64,000 nucleotides of DNA from Lachnospiraceae bacterium. Its GTDB lineage: Bacteria; Bacillota; Negativicutes; Veillonellales; Dialisteraceae. The position numbers were made by a program, and so were the translations under genes. Positions 18,494-27,816 of the stretch are shown here, piece by piece. The notes under the pieces are model-generated. The model saw only the letters and a program-made list of their open reading frames with translations. It was not told the DNA's origin and did no database searches. Position 1 is the stretch's first letter; every line of letters starts with the position of its first letter. The stretch is taken from positions 48,948 to 112,947 of the forward strand of contig CAVEFO010000001.1 in NCBI GenBank assembly GCA_963615055.1. The letters run 5' to 3'.

Positions 18494-21400
18494 GTGCTCA
18501 TCTTGAAAAACATGAAAACAATGGACGGCAATACGGCAGCGGCGTATATTTCCTATGCCTTCACGGAAGTGGCGGCGATTTATCCGATCACGCCGTCATC
18601 CCCGATGGCGGAATCCGTCGACGAGTGGGCGGCGCACGGACGGAAAAATATTTTCGGCGATACCGTCCGCGTCGTAGAAATGCAATCCGAAGGCGGCGCG
18701 GCCGGCGCGTTTCACGGATCGCTCCAAAGCGGCGCGCTCACGACGACGTACACGGCGTCCCAAGGGATGCTCCTCATGATTCCGAATATGTACAAAGTCG
18801 CCGGCGAGCTGCTTCCGGGCGTTTTCCACATCGCGGCCCGCGCGCTTGCCTCTCATGCGCTTTCCATTTTCGGCGATCACCAAGATGTGATGAGCGCCCG
18901 TGCGACCGGTTGCGCCATGCTGGCCGAATCGAATGTACAGGAAATTATGGATCTGGCCGCCGTCGCACATTTGGCCGCCATCCGCGGACGCGTCCCCTTC
19001 ATCAATTTCTTCGACGGTTTCCGCACAAGCCATGAAATTCAGAAAATAGAAACGATTTCCTATGAGGACCTCGCGCCGCTCATCGATCAAAAAGCGCTGG
19101 CCGATTTCCGCGCGCGCGCCCTTTCGCCGAATCATCCCGTCATTCGCGGCACGGCGGAAAATCCGGATATTTATTTCCAGCACGCCGAAGCGGCCAATCC
19201 CTATTATGACGCACTTCCGGACATCGTGCAGGGCTACATGGATGAGCTGGCCAAAATTACCGGCCGCGCCCATCATCTCTTCGATTACTACGGCGCGCCC
19301 GATGCGGATCGCGTCCTGATTGCCATCGGCTCCGTCTGCGACACGGCCAAAGACGTCGTCGACGCCCTCCGCGAAAAAGGCGAAAAAGTCGGCCTCGTTT
19401 CCGTCCATCTCTATCGCCCGTTTTCCGCGAAACATTTCCTCTCCGTCTTGCCCAAGAGCACCAGAAAAATTGCTGTCCTTGATCGCACACGCGAACCGGG
19501 GGCCCTCGGCGAGCCGCTCTTCCTCGACGTCCAAAGCGTCGTCGCCGCGGCCGGTCTTCCCATTCGCGTCGTCGGCGGGCGCTACGGCCTCGGCTCGAAA
19601 GACGTCATCCCCGAAGACATCATGGCCGTCTTCACGCATCTTTCCGCCAAAAATCCGCGCCACAATTTCACACTCTCCATCCAAGACGACGTGACGAATC
19701 TCTCTCTTGCACCCGTGCCCGTACCGGAAAGCACCGACCGCACCGTTTCCTGCAAATTCTGGGGATTCGGATCGGACGGCACCGTCGGCGCCAATAAAAA
19801 CGCGATTAAAATCATCGGCGATTACACGGACATGTTCGCGCAAGGGTATTTCGCTTACGATTCCAAAAAATCCGGCGGCGTGACGATTTCCCATCTGCGT
19901 TTCGGCCCCGATCCCATCCGCCGCCCCTATCTCATCCGCCGCGCCGATTACATCGCGTGCCACCGCCCGAGCTACATTTACAAATACGATTTGCTCCGCG
20001 GCTTCAAAGACGGCGGCGTCTTCCTTTTGAACGGTCCGTGGAAACAGGAAGAGTTGGACTCCGTTCTTCCCGCGATGATGAAACGGAAACTCGCAAAGCT
20101 TCACGCGAAATTGTATCTCATCGACGCCTTCAAGATTGCCGGCGAGCTCGGTCTCGGCTCTCGCATCAATATGATCATGCAATCGGCGTTCTTCGCGCTG
20201 ACGAATATCATTCCGATTGAGGACGCCGTGCGCTATCTCAAGGAAGCGAATGAGCATTCCTATGGGCGCAAGGGCCAGGACGTCGTCGATATGAACAACG
20301 CGGCCGTCGATGCCGGGATCACCGCGCCGATTAAAATCGAAATCCCCGCCGCTTGGGAGCATGCGACGACAGGCGGCGAAAGAGCGCTCATCCCACGCCC
20401 CGATTTCATCAAAAATGTCTGCGACGTCATGAACCGGCAAGAAGGCGATGACCTGCCCGTTTCCGCTTTCCGCGGCATCGAGGACGGGACGTTTCCCGTC
20501 GGCACATCGCAATACGAACGCCCGGCCGCCGCGATTGAGATTCCCGAATGGATTCCGGAAAACTGCATCGAGTGCAACCAATGCGTCGCCGCTTGCCCGC
20601 ACGCGACCATTCGTCCCGTGTTGCTGACGGACGAAGAAGCGGAGAAAGCGCCGGAAGGTTTCATCGTCCGCGACTTTGCCGGCCCTGTGAAAGGTCTCAA
20701 ATTCCGCATCGTCATTGATCCGGAAGATTGCTACGGTTGCGGCATTTGCGCCCATACCTGCCCGGCGAAAGAAAAAGCGCTCGTCATGCGCCCGGCGGAA
20801 ACGCAGGCAGACAAGCAGAAACTGTGGGATTACGCCATGAGCCTTCCGCGCAAAGACAATCCGCTGCCGAAAGCGACGATTCGCGGCGCCATGCTCGAAC
20901 CGACCTATTTTGAATTTTCCGGCGCGTGCGCAGGCTGCGGCGAGACACCCTACATTCATCTCGTCACGCAGCTCTTCGGTGACCGCATGAATATCGCCAA
21001 TGCGACGGGTTGCTCCTCCATTTACGGCGCGAGCGCTCCCTCCATGCCCTACACGACGAACCAAAACGGCGAAGGCCCCGCTTGGGCGAATTCCCTCTTT
21101 GAAGACAATGCGGAGTATGGCCTGGGGATGTATCTGGGCGAAAAGAAACTCCGCGAACGCTTGGCGGATAAAGTCGAAGCGCTCCTTCCGGCAGCGGACA
21201 CGGAAACGAAAGCCATCATGCAAGAATGGCTCGATAAAAAAGACATCGGCGAAGGCAGCCGCACGCTCGCGCAAAAATTCGAAGCCGCGCTCCGTGCCGA
21301 AGTTTCCTCTCATCCCGAATATAAGGAACTCCTCGATCTCCGCGATCATTTCGTAAAACGCAGCCAGTGGATTTTCGGCGGCGACGGCTGGGCGTACGAC

Positions 21401-22030
21401 ATCGGCTACGGCGGCCTCGACCAAGTACTCGCCTCGGGCGAAGATGTGAATGTCCTCGCCCTCGACACCGAAGTCTATTCCAATACCGGCGGCCAATCCT
21501 CAAAATCGACACCGGCCGCCGCCATCGCGAAATTTGCCGCTTCCGGCAAGAAGACGAAGAAAAAAGATCTCGGCATGATGGCTGTTTCCTACGGCTACAT
21601 CTACGTCGCCCAGATCGCACTCGGCGCCGATATGAATCAGGCGCTCAAAGCCATCGCCGAAGCCGAAGCCTATCCGGGCCCGTCACTTATCATCGCGTAT
21701 GCGCCCTGCATCAATCACGGCCTCAAAGCCGGCATGGGCAAGAGCCAGGAAGAAGCCCGGCGCGCCGTCGAATGCGGCTACTGGGTGAATTGGCGCTACA
21801 ACCCCGCGCTCTTGGAAGCCGGCAAAAATCCGTTCCACGTCGACAGCCGCGAGCCGAAAGGAAACTTCCGCGACTATCTCATGGGCGAAGTCCGCTACGC
21901 GAGCCTGGCGAAACTTTTCCCCGATACCGCCGAAGCGCTCTTTGCCAAAACGGAACAAGACGCCAAAGAACGCCGCGCGAACTACATCCGCATCCAGAAA
22001 TCCTATGACGATGCGCTGAAGAAAGACTAA
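18494..22030 (+). CDS. nifJ: pyruvate:ferredoxin (flavodoxin) oxidoreductase
   Basis: Single-chain PFOR of about 1170 aa with two ferredoxin-type CxxCxxCxxxCP motifs and a TPP-binding C-terminus. Start is ambiguous: GTG 18494, TTG 18503 or ATG 18512. Confidence 0.9.
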   Translation: MLILKNMKTMDGNTAAAYISYAFTEVAAIYPITPSSPMAESVDEWAAHGRKNIFGDTVRVVEMQSEGGAAGAFHGSLQSGALTTTYTASQGMLLMIPNMYKVAGELLPGVFHIAARALASHALSIFGDHQDVMSARATGCAMLAESNVQEIMDLAAVAHLAAIRGRVPFINFFDGFRTSHEIQKIETISYEDLAPLIDQKALADFRARALSPNHPVIRGTAENPDIYFQHAEAANPYYDALPDIVQGYMDELAKITGRAHHLFDYYGAPDADRVLIAIGSVCDTAKDVVDALREKGEKVGLVSVHLYRPFSAKHFLSVLPKSTRKIAVLDRTREPGALGEPLFLDVQSVVAAAGLPIRVVGGRYGLGSKDVIPEDIMAVFTHLSAKNPRHNFTLSIQDDVTNLSLAPVPVPESTDRTVSCKFWGFGSDGTVGANKNAIKIIGDYTDMFAQGYFAYDSKKSGGVTISHLRFGPDPIRRPYLIRRADYIACHRPSYIYKYDLLRGFKDGGVFLLNGPWKQEELDSVLPAMMKRKLAKLHAKLYLIDAFKIAGELGLGSRINMIMQSAFFALTNIIPIEDAVRYLKEANEHSYGRKGQDVVDMNNAAVDAGITAPIKIEIPAAWEHATTGGERALIPRPDFIKNVCDVMNRQEGDDLPVSAFRGIEDGTFPVGTSQYERPAAAIEIPEWIPENCIECNQCVAACPHATIRPVLLTDEEAEKAPEGFIVRDFAGPVKGLKFRIVIDPEDCYGCGICAHTCPAKEKALVMRPAETQADKQKLWDYAMSLPRKDNPLPKATIRGAMLEPTYFEFSGACAGCGETPYIHLVTQLFGDRMNIANATGCSSIYGASAPSMPYTTNQNGEGPAWANSLFEDNAEYGLGMYLGEKKLRERLADKVEALLPAADTETKAIMQEWLDKKDIGEGSRTLAQKFEAALRAEVSSHPEYKELLDLRDHFVKRSQWIFGGDGWAYDIGYGGLDQVLASGEDVNVLALDTEVYSNTGGQSSKSTPAAAIAKFAASGKKTKKKDLGMMAVSYGYIYVAQIALGADMNQALKAIAEAEAYPGPSLIIAYAPCINHGLKAGMGKSQEEARRAVECGYWVNWRYNPALLEAGKNPFHVDSREPKGNFRDYLMGEVRYASLAKLFPDTAEALFAKTEQDAKERRANYIRIQKSYDDALKKD

Positions 22031-22054
22031 TCCGATAAGAAACGCACGAAAAAA

Positions 22055-22086
22055 GAACCGACTTTGTATCATGTCGGTTCTTTTTT
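22055..22086 (+). terminator. rho-independent terminator of PFOR
   Basis: GAACCGAC/GTCGGTTC stem followed by TTTTTT. Confidence 0.75.
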
Positions 22087-22095
22087 GTTGTCTAC

Positions 22096-22364
22096 GCAAA
22101 TGAGAGATGAGCGATGAGGGGGCCGAACTTTTTGGCTTCTTTCCTTTTGCGGCGTTGGCGGTGAAAACTTTTCGATGATAGCGATGGGAAAACCGCCTCA
22201 TCTCTGTCAGCACCTTATTTTTCATCATCTATGCCGCAAAAGTAAAGCAAAGAAAAAGCTTTGCCCCTCATCTCTATCTTGCTACAGCCATCAACCCAAA
22301 CGCCACAAAAGTCGAACGCGAAAAAGCCGCGCTACCTGCTAATTGCTAATTGCTAATTGCTAAC
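22096..22364. repeat. mosaic intergenic repeat, locus A
   Basis: One forward and one to two inverted units of about 70 nt, followed by a heptamer tract. Shares the GATAGnGATGAGGGGC .. CTTTTGCGGC .. blocks with 26320-26512 and 44211-44550. Ends in four TGCTAAT heptamers at 22337-22364. Confidence 0.6.
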
Positions 22365-24146
22365 TTCCTTCTCTTTCCATTCCGCGAAGCGTTTATCCAG
22401 CAGCGTGCAAATATCTTTGAAGACCTTCTCATTCCATTCGCCGAAAGCCGGCGCCTCACAGCCCGCACTTTGTGCCCGGATGACCTCTTGCGGTGCGTAA
22501 GTGTGCGCCAAAGTGTAATCCCGAAGATCTGCGTAGAAACCCGTCTCCGGATGCCGCATGGAATAATAATCCTCCACGAAGCGCACCGCCTCCGGCTTGA
22601 AAATTCGCGTATCTATGCAGCCAGCGGTTTCCAAAAGAAACAGCCGGACATCCCCTTCAAAATCCGGATCTGCCATGGCATGATCCATATCACGGGCAAA
22701 AATCCGATCCAGTTTCTTCTTTTTATACGCCCACATGACGAAGTAACCCAATCGATTCATCATCGCCGCCGGATTGAAATCCGCCGTGATATAGGGACGC
22801 AAATCATCCGCAATCCGCCACGGCTCGTCCATCCATACGTACTCCGTCTGATCGGCCGCCCACGCGACGGGAAGCTCATTTTCATCCTCCGGCTCCCCAT
22901 GCAAATAACAAGGCTGCAATTGGTATATCCATCCGGAACCGCCGTGTCCGACATAAAGATCTTCATCCTCCTCGGCATCCGGATCCGGAATCAGCGCCTC
23001 ATTCATCAAAAGATCATAGGCTATATCCAGCAAATCGCCCGAGATGGCCTCCTCATCCCAACCGGGCACCTGTTCTGCGAACACCTCGGCCATACCGAAA
23101 TCTATCATCCCGCGCGTCTGATACATCAGCAAATCGTCCCCCGGCGCCTTTGCGACACATACAAAAAGATCCAGCGGAAACCCTCGCGTGAAATGCGAAT
23201 CTTCCAAAATACGGATGTAGGCCTCCTTTGATAAAAGCGGCCCCGACGTCAAGACGCCCATCGCCGGCGTTGTCGCCAAAATCGCGCGAATCACCAGCAC
23301 CACAAAATACGCCAAATCCGTTTCCGCCAGTTCCCGGCTCTCCGCTTCGACCAAAATCGCCGCCTGATACGAGAGCGGATCCTTCACCGCGTTTTCCGGA
23401 TCCTGCGTCCACCCCGCCGCGCGCTCGATGTCCTCTTTTGAGATGTCATCACAGCATGACACGCGCACTTCCGCGTCCCGATACCGAAAACAAAGCGCCT
23501 CTCCCTCTTTTTCGCACATCACATTCTGGTGCGACGCCTCCGCAATGGAATCGGCCACCACCGACAAATCGGAAATGGGGGAAGAAAGCAAAACCTTCTG
23601 GGACAAAAAAACGGGGTCCTCTTCCTCTCCGTTCGCCTCCCGGGCCATCTGCCGCAGCCGTTCCGACTGATCCTGCTCCAACAGATGCCGCATCTGCTCC
23701 TGATTCACCTTGATGCCGATCCGTCGAAGCGCCTTCTGCAAATCAGCCGCCTTTTTGTCCAGTTCCGCGGGCATCAAGACTTGATCCGGATCCGGCATCA
23801 AATCCTGCAACTCTCCATCCTCCTCAAAGAAATGCATCCGATCCAAGAGGTTCTGCGCCGCCTGTTTCACCGTTTTCTCATCGTAGAGCGTCCCGTCCGT
23901 CCCGATATACGCGCTCGGCTCCAAATCCGTATCCGATTCAAATCCGCCCGACACCGCGACCAGCCAAGGCCCACCCTTTGAGCAGAAACGAAACACATAA
24001 TGAATCAGTCCGAACCGTTTCATCTTGCATACATATTCACACGCATCCACAAAGGGGCAGAAATGCTGCCCATGCGTCAAAAAATCCATCAAAGCTTCCC
24101 GCGCCGCCGTCACCTGCGCAATATTGGGAATCGATTTTCCACCCAT
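22353..24146 (-). CDS. large acidic cytoplasmic protein of unknown function
   Basis: 597-aa ORF with an AAGGAG Shine-Dalgarno. No signal peptide or transmembrane segment. I recognise no catalytic motif. Confidence 0.65.
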   Translation of the reverse strand: MGGKSIPNIAQVTAAREALMDFLTHGQHFCPFVDACEYVCKMKRFGLIHYVFRFCSKGGPWLVAVSGGFESDTDLEPSAYIGTDGTLYDEKTVKQAAQNLLDRMHFFEEDGELQDLMPDPDQVLMPAELDKKAADLQKALRRIGIKVNQEQMRHLLEQDQSERLRQMAREANGEEEDPVFLSQKVLLSSPISDLSVVADSIAEASHQNVMCEKEGEALCFRYRDAEVRVSCCDDISKEDIERAAGWTQDPENAVKDPLSYQAAILVEAESRELAETDLAYFVVLVIRAILATTPAMGVLTSGPLLSKEAYIRILEDSHFTRGFPLDLFVCVAKAPGDDLLMYQTRGMIDFGMAEVFAEQVPGWDEEAISGDLLDIAYDLLMNEALIPDPDAEEDEDLYVGHGGSGWIYQLQPCYLHGEPEDENELPVAWAADQTEYVWMDEPWRIADDLRPYITADFNPAAMMNRLGYFVMWAYKKKKLDRIFARDMDHAMADPDFEGDVRLFLLETAGCIDTRIFKPEAVRFVEDYYSMRHPETGFYADLRDYTLAHTYAPQEVIRAQSAGCEAPAFGEWNEKVFKDICTLLDKRFAEWKEKEVSN

Positions 24147-24171
24147 TTATCCGGACTCCTTTTCTGTTTCC

Positions 24172-24918
24172 TTATCTCTCCGCCGTCTCCGCATCCGCAA
24201 ACGCCCGATACGAATTCAAAAGCCGCTCTTTGATTGTCTCATCGTCAGCCGAAAGCCAATCGTCTCCGTACGTGTCCGCATGATACATCAACCAGTCCAA
24301 TGTCACATCCGCGCGCTCATACGAAGCAAACAGCCGCCGCTCCGTCGATTGAAACTCCTGCTCGGTGATCGTCGCACCATCCCCATTTTCATACGCGGTA
24401 TGCTCGCCGCCCTCATCATCATAATACGTGAACGCATTCGCAAGCGGCCTTGTCACAAAGCGCCCGTTCTGCAAAGACAGCGCCGAAAGCCCATGCCGAT
24501 ATTCCCTCCCGTCGCGAAGTAAATCCGTGAGCACATACCAATCGATGCCGGAAATGCCATCCGTGTAGGCGCGCACCTTTTTCTTCGACATGATGTCCGC
24601 CTCCGACGTCCCTTCTCCCCAAGTCTTCGTAATCCGCACGACCGCCGTCCGATCCTCATTCACCTCATACCCGTCCGTGTACGTATAAAGACCCGTCCCG
24701 CCGAAATCAGATACCAAGACTTCGAGGCGCCCATTGTGGTCCAGATCCGTCACGATGAAACCGACCGTCTCCGCGCCCGGCACCGACGGCTCCCATTCCG
24801 CCCTTGCTCGCACAATTGCCGCCACCTGCTCTTCGGCATCCGAAACCGGCCCGTACCACGCAAAAGTCGCCAGCGGACAAAGCGCCGCCGCCAAAACCGC
24901 CGCCAACATTTTTTTCAT
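24172..24918 (-). CDS. secreted protein of unknown function
   Basis: Start at MKKMLAAVLAAALCPLATFA, which reads as a signal peptide, with an AGGAG Shine-Dalgarno. Co-oriented with 22353-24146, 25 nt upstream of it. Confidence 0.55.
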   Translation of the reverse strand: MKKMLAAVLAAALCPLATFAWYGPVSDAEEQVAAIVRARAEWEPSVPGAETVGFIVTDLDHNGRLEVLVSDFGGTGLYTYTDGYEVNEDRTAVVRITKTWGEGTSEADIMSKKKVRAYTDGISGIDWYVLTDLLRDGREYRHGLSALSLQNGRFVTRPLANAFTYYDDEGGEHTAYENGDGATITEQEFQSTERRLFASYERADVTLDWLMYHADTYGDDWLSADDETIKERLLNSYRAFADAETAER

Positions 24919-25082
24919 CACCATCGTCTCCTTTCCGCACCGCAAAAAATGTTTCTGCATTTTTTTCATTATAACAGAAAAAGAGAAAAAACAGAAAACG
25001 CGCGCAAAATCTGTATTTCTTTTTCCGTCTATGGTAAAATGAAAAATATTTGAAAATTTTCGAAACATAAAGGAGTGACACC

Positions 25083-26315
25083 ATGGCTCATTGCAATGAA
25101 TCGTATCTCAATTTACAAGGTTCCTATCTCTTCGCGACCGTGCGGGAAAAAGCAGACGCGTATCGCGCCGCGCATCCGGATACGGAGCTGATTTCTCTCG
25201 GTATCGGCGACGTGACCCAGCCGCTTGCACCCGCCGTGATTGAGGCGATGCATCGCGCCGTCGAGGAAATGGGAAACGCCGAGACGTTCCGCGGCTACGG
25301 CCCCGAGCAGGGCTATCTTTTTTTGCGCGAAGCCATTTGCCGGCATGATTTTGCCGCCCGCGGCATTTCCATCGATCCGTCCGAAGTCTTCATCTCCGAC
25401 GGCGCCAAGTGCGATGTCGGAAATATCCAAGAAATTTTCGCAAAAGAAGACCTCGTCGCCGTGACCGATCCCGTCTATCCCGTCTATGTCGACAGCAATG
25501 TCATGGCCGGCCGCAGCGGCCGTTTCGTAAACGGCTCCTTCGAGCATCTCGAGTATCTTCCCTGCTATGAAGAATGTGAGTTCCGCCCGAATCTTCCCGT
25601 CCATGATCCGATGATTATTTACCTCTGCTCGCCGAACAATCCCACCGGCGCCGTCATGGATAAAACGACGCTCACCATGTGGGTGCGCTACGCCAAGCAG
25701 ACCGGCTCCGTCATTCTTTTCGACGCGGCCTACGAATGTTTCATCTCGGACGAAAATGTCCCGCACAGTATTTACGAAATCGAAGGCGCCAAAGAAGTCG
25801 CAATCGAGTTCCACTCCTATTCCAAGACAGCGGGCTTCACCGGCGTGCGTTGCGGCTACTGCGTCATCCCGAAAGAGCTGATGCTGGAAACGAAGAGCGG
25901 GGAAAAAGTTTCTGCCAATGCGCTCTGGGATCGCCGCCAATGCACGAAGTTCAACGGCTGCTCCTACATCGTCCAGCGCGGCGCCGAAGCCATCTATACA
26001 AAAGAAGGCCAAAAACAAATTCAGGAGACGATCAATCTCTACAAAAGAAACGCGGCCATGATTCTGGACGCCGCGAAATCCTGCGGTCTTGCGGCCAGCG
26101 GCGGCACAAACAGCCCCTATGTCTGGATGGCTGTCCCCGAAGGCATGACGAGCTGGGATTTCTTTGATTTCCTCTTGGAAAAAGCGCAAATCATCTGCAC
26201 CCCGGGCTCCGGATTCGGCCCCTGCGGAGAAGGCTACGTCCGTCTCACCGCGTTTAATACGCCGGAAAAGACGAAAGAGGCGGCGGAGCGGATGAAGGAT
26301 GCTTTGAAGGACTAA
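25083..26315 (+). CDS. dapL: LL-diaminopimelate aminotransferase
   Basis: 410 aa with the DapL-type N-terminus (NESYLNLQGSYLF..ISLGIGDVTQPL) and a class I aminotransferase fold. Confidence 0.85.
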   Translation: MAHCNESYLNLQGSYLFATVREKADAYRAAHPDTELISLGIGDVTQPLAPAVIEAMHRAVEEMGNAETFRGYGPEQGYLFLREAICRHDFAARGISIDPSEVFISDGAKCDVGNIQEIFAKEDLVAVTDPVYPVYVDSNVMAGRSGRFVNGSFEHLEYLPCYEECEFRPNLPVHDPMIIYLCSPNNPTGAVMDKTTLTMWVRYAKQTGSVILFDAAYECFISDENVPHSIYEIEGAKEVAIEFHSYSKTAGFTGVRCGYCVIPKELMLETKSGEKVSANALWDRRQCTKFNGCSYIVQRGAEAIYTKEGQKQIQETINLYKRNAAMILDAAKSCGLAASGGTNSPYVWMAVPEGMTSWDFFDFLLEKAQIICTPGSGFGPCGEGYVRLTAFNTPEKTKEAAERMKDALKD

Positions 26316-26319
26316 GCTT

Positions 26320-26512
26320 TGAGGGGCCACGCTTTTTTCTGTTCTCTGCCTTCGGAGGCATTGAAAGTGAGAGCGTTTGCAAGATAGAGATGAGGGGCTA
26401 GACTTTTTTCCTTCTTTGCTTTCGGAGGCGTTTGAAGTGGGAACGTTTGCAAGATAGGGATGAGGGGCCACGCTTTTTTCCTTCTCTGCTTTAGGTGGCA
26501 TGCGCAAGATAG
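26320..26512. repeat. tandem repeat of about 70 nt, locus B (2.7 copies)
   Basis: Units at 26320-26390, 26391-26460 and 26461-26512 (truncated). Pattern: TGAGGGGCyA-N-CTTTTTTC-N-CTTTCGGAGGC-N-GTTTGCAAGATAGrGA. Confidence 0.75.
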
Positions 26513-26554
26513 CTGTTAGCTGTTAGTTTTTAGCTGTTAGCTGTTGGCTGTCAC
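26513..26554. repeat. heptamer tract (six units)
   Basis: CTGTTAG CTGTTAG TTTTTAG CTGTTAG CTGTTGG CTGTCAC, directly abutting the 70-nt units. Confidence 0.75.
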
Positions 26555-26697
26555 ATAGAAGTGATGCTGCTTTGTGCAAACGCCGCCCAAAGAAAATTGA
26601 GAATCAGGCGCGCCCCGCATGATCCCCGCCGCAAGGCTTGTTTTGCGCACCTATATTCCCCCGCCCCCGGCGGAAAAATAAAAGAAAAGGACACAGT

Positions 26698-27804
26698 ATG
26701 AGTACAAATCTTCAAATCGGCATCGTAGGCCTGCCGAACGTCGGCAAATCCACGCTCTTCAATGCCATCACCAAAGCCGGCGCGGAAGCGGCGAATTTCC
26801 CCTTCTGCACCATCGAGCCCAATGTCGGCCTCGTCGAAGTGCCGGATCCGCGTCTTTATGAGCTCGCGAAACTCTTTTCGCCGAAAAAGACCACGCCTGC
26901 CTTCACCCGTTTCGTCGACATCGCCGGCCTCGTCGCAGGCGCTTCACACGGCGAAGGCCTCGGCAACCAATTTCTCTCCCACATCCGCGAGACCGACGCC
27001 ATCGCCCACGTCGTGCGTTGCTTTGAAGACGGAAACATCACCCACGTCGAAGGCAGCGTCGACCCCGTCCGCGACATGGGCATCATCAATACCGAGCTTT
27101 GCCTGGCCGATTTGGAAACGCTCGAAAAGAAGAAACAGAAGACAGGGAAACTCGCACAAGCCGGCATCAAAGACGCCAAGGCGCAAATGCCGACACTGGA
27201 AAAAATCGACGCCGCCCTCCAAGAAGGGACACCGGCCCGCGCGCTTGACCTATTCGAAGATGATTTGGAAATCGTGCGCGAACTCAATCTCCTCACCCTA
27301 AAGCCCGTCCTCTACGTGCTGAATACCGCCGAAGACGACATCGCCGATCCCGCGGCCAATCCCTACGTGCAAAAAGCCGCGGCGGAAGCCGAAGCCGAAG
27401 GCGCAAAATGGGTACCGATTTCCGCGCAAATCGAGCAAGAAGTCTCCGAACTCTCCGCCGAAGAAGCCGCCGCGTTTTTAGCTGACCTCGGAGAGACGGA
27501 ATCCGGCCTCTCGCGCCTCATCAAGAGCGCCTACTCCCTGCTCGGCCTCATCAATTTCTTCACCGTCGGCGCCGACGAATGTCGTTCTTGGACCGTGCGC
27601 CGCAATACAAAAGCGCCGCAAGCCGCCGGCAAAATCCATTCCGACATCGAGCGCGGCTTCATTCGCGCTGAAATCGTTTCCGCCGATGACCTCCTTGCCC
27701 TCGGCGGCTATGCGGGCGTCCGCGAAAAAGGCCTTCTTCGCATCGAAGGCAAAGATTATGAAATCCAAGACGGCGACGTCGCCTATTTCCGTTTCAACGT
27801 ATAA
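26698..27804 (+). CDS. ychF: ribosome-binding ATPase YchF
   Basis: Start at [28 protein letters not shown]/YchF G-domain plus a C-terminal TGS-like domain. Confidence 0.9.
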   Translation: MSTNLQIGIVGLPNVGKSTLFNAITKAGAEAANFPFCTIEPNVGLVEVPDPRLYELAKLFSPKKTTPAFTRFVDIAGLVAGASHGEGLGNQFLSHIRETDAIAHVVRCFEDGNITHVEGSVDPVRDMGIINTELCLADLETLEKKKQKTGKLAQAGIKDAKAQMPTLEKIDAALQEGTPARALDLFEDDLEIVRELNLLTLKPVLYVLNTAEDDIADPAANPYVQKAAAEAEAEGAKWVPISAQIEQEVSELSAEEAAAFLADLGETESGLSRLIKSAYSLLGLINFFTVGADECRSWTVRRNTKAPQAAGKIHSDIERGFIRAEIVSADDLLALGGYAGVREKGLLRIEGKDYEIQDGDVAYFRFNV

Positions 27805-27816
27805 GAAGGAAATTTC

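Noticed and set aside
18596-21496. 966-aa minus-strand ORF antisense to PFOR. Similar long antisense ORFs are 4-1032, 25113-26507, 30704-32554, 32576-34450, 34478-35872, 35990-37303 and 37316-38407.
   Set aside because: They lie opposite unmistakable conserved genes (fabD, dapL, rpoC, rpoB, nifJ). Their translations are Arg/Gly/Ala-rich and low in complexity, and they lack Shine-Dalgarno sequences. These are typical stop-poor antisense frames of GC-rich coding DNA.
26320-26512. Whether the roughly 70-nt tandem units (also at 22096-22336 and 44211-44550) are degenerate CRISPR arrays.
   Set aside because: The units abut each other with no unique spacers. They occur in both orientations within one locus. 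They bear no resemblance to the genuine 36-nt repeat and have no adjacent cas genes.
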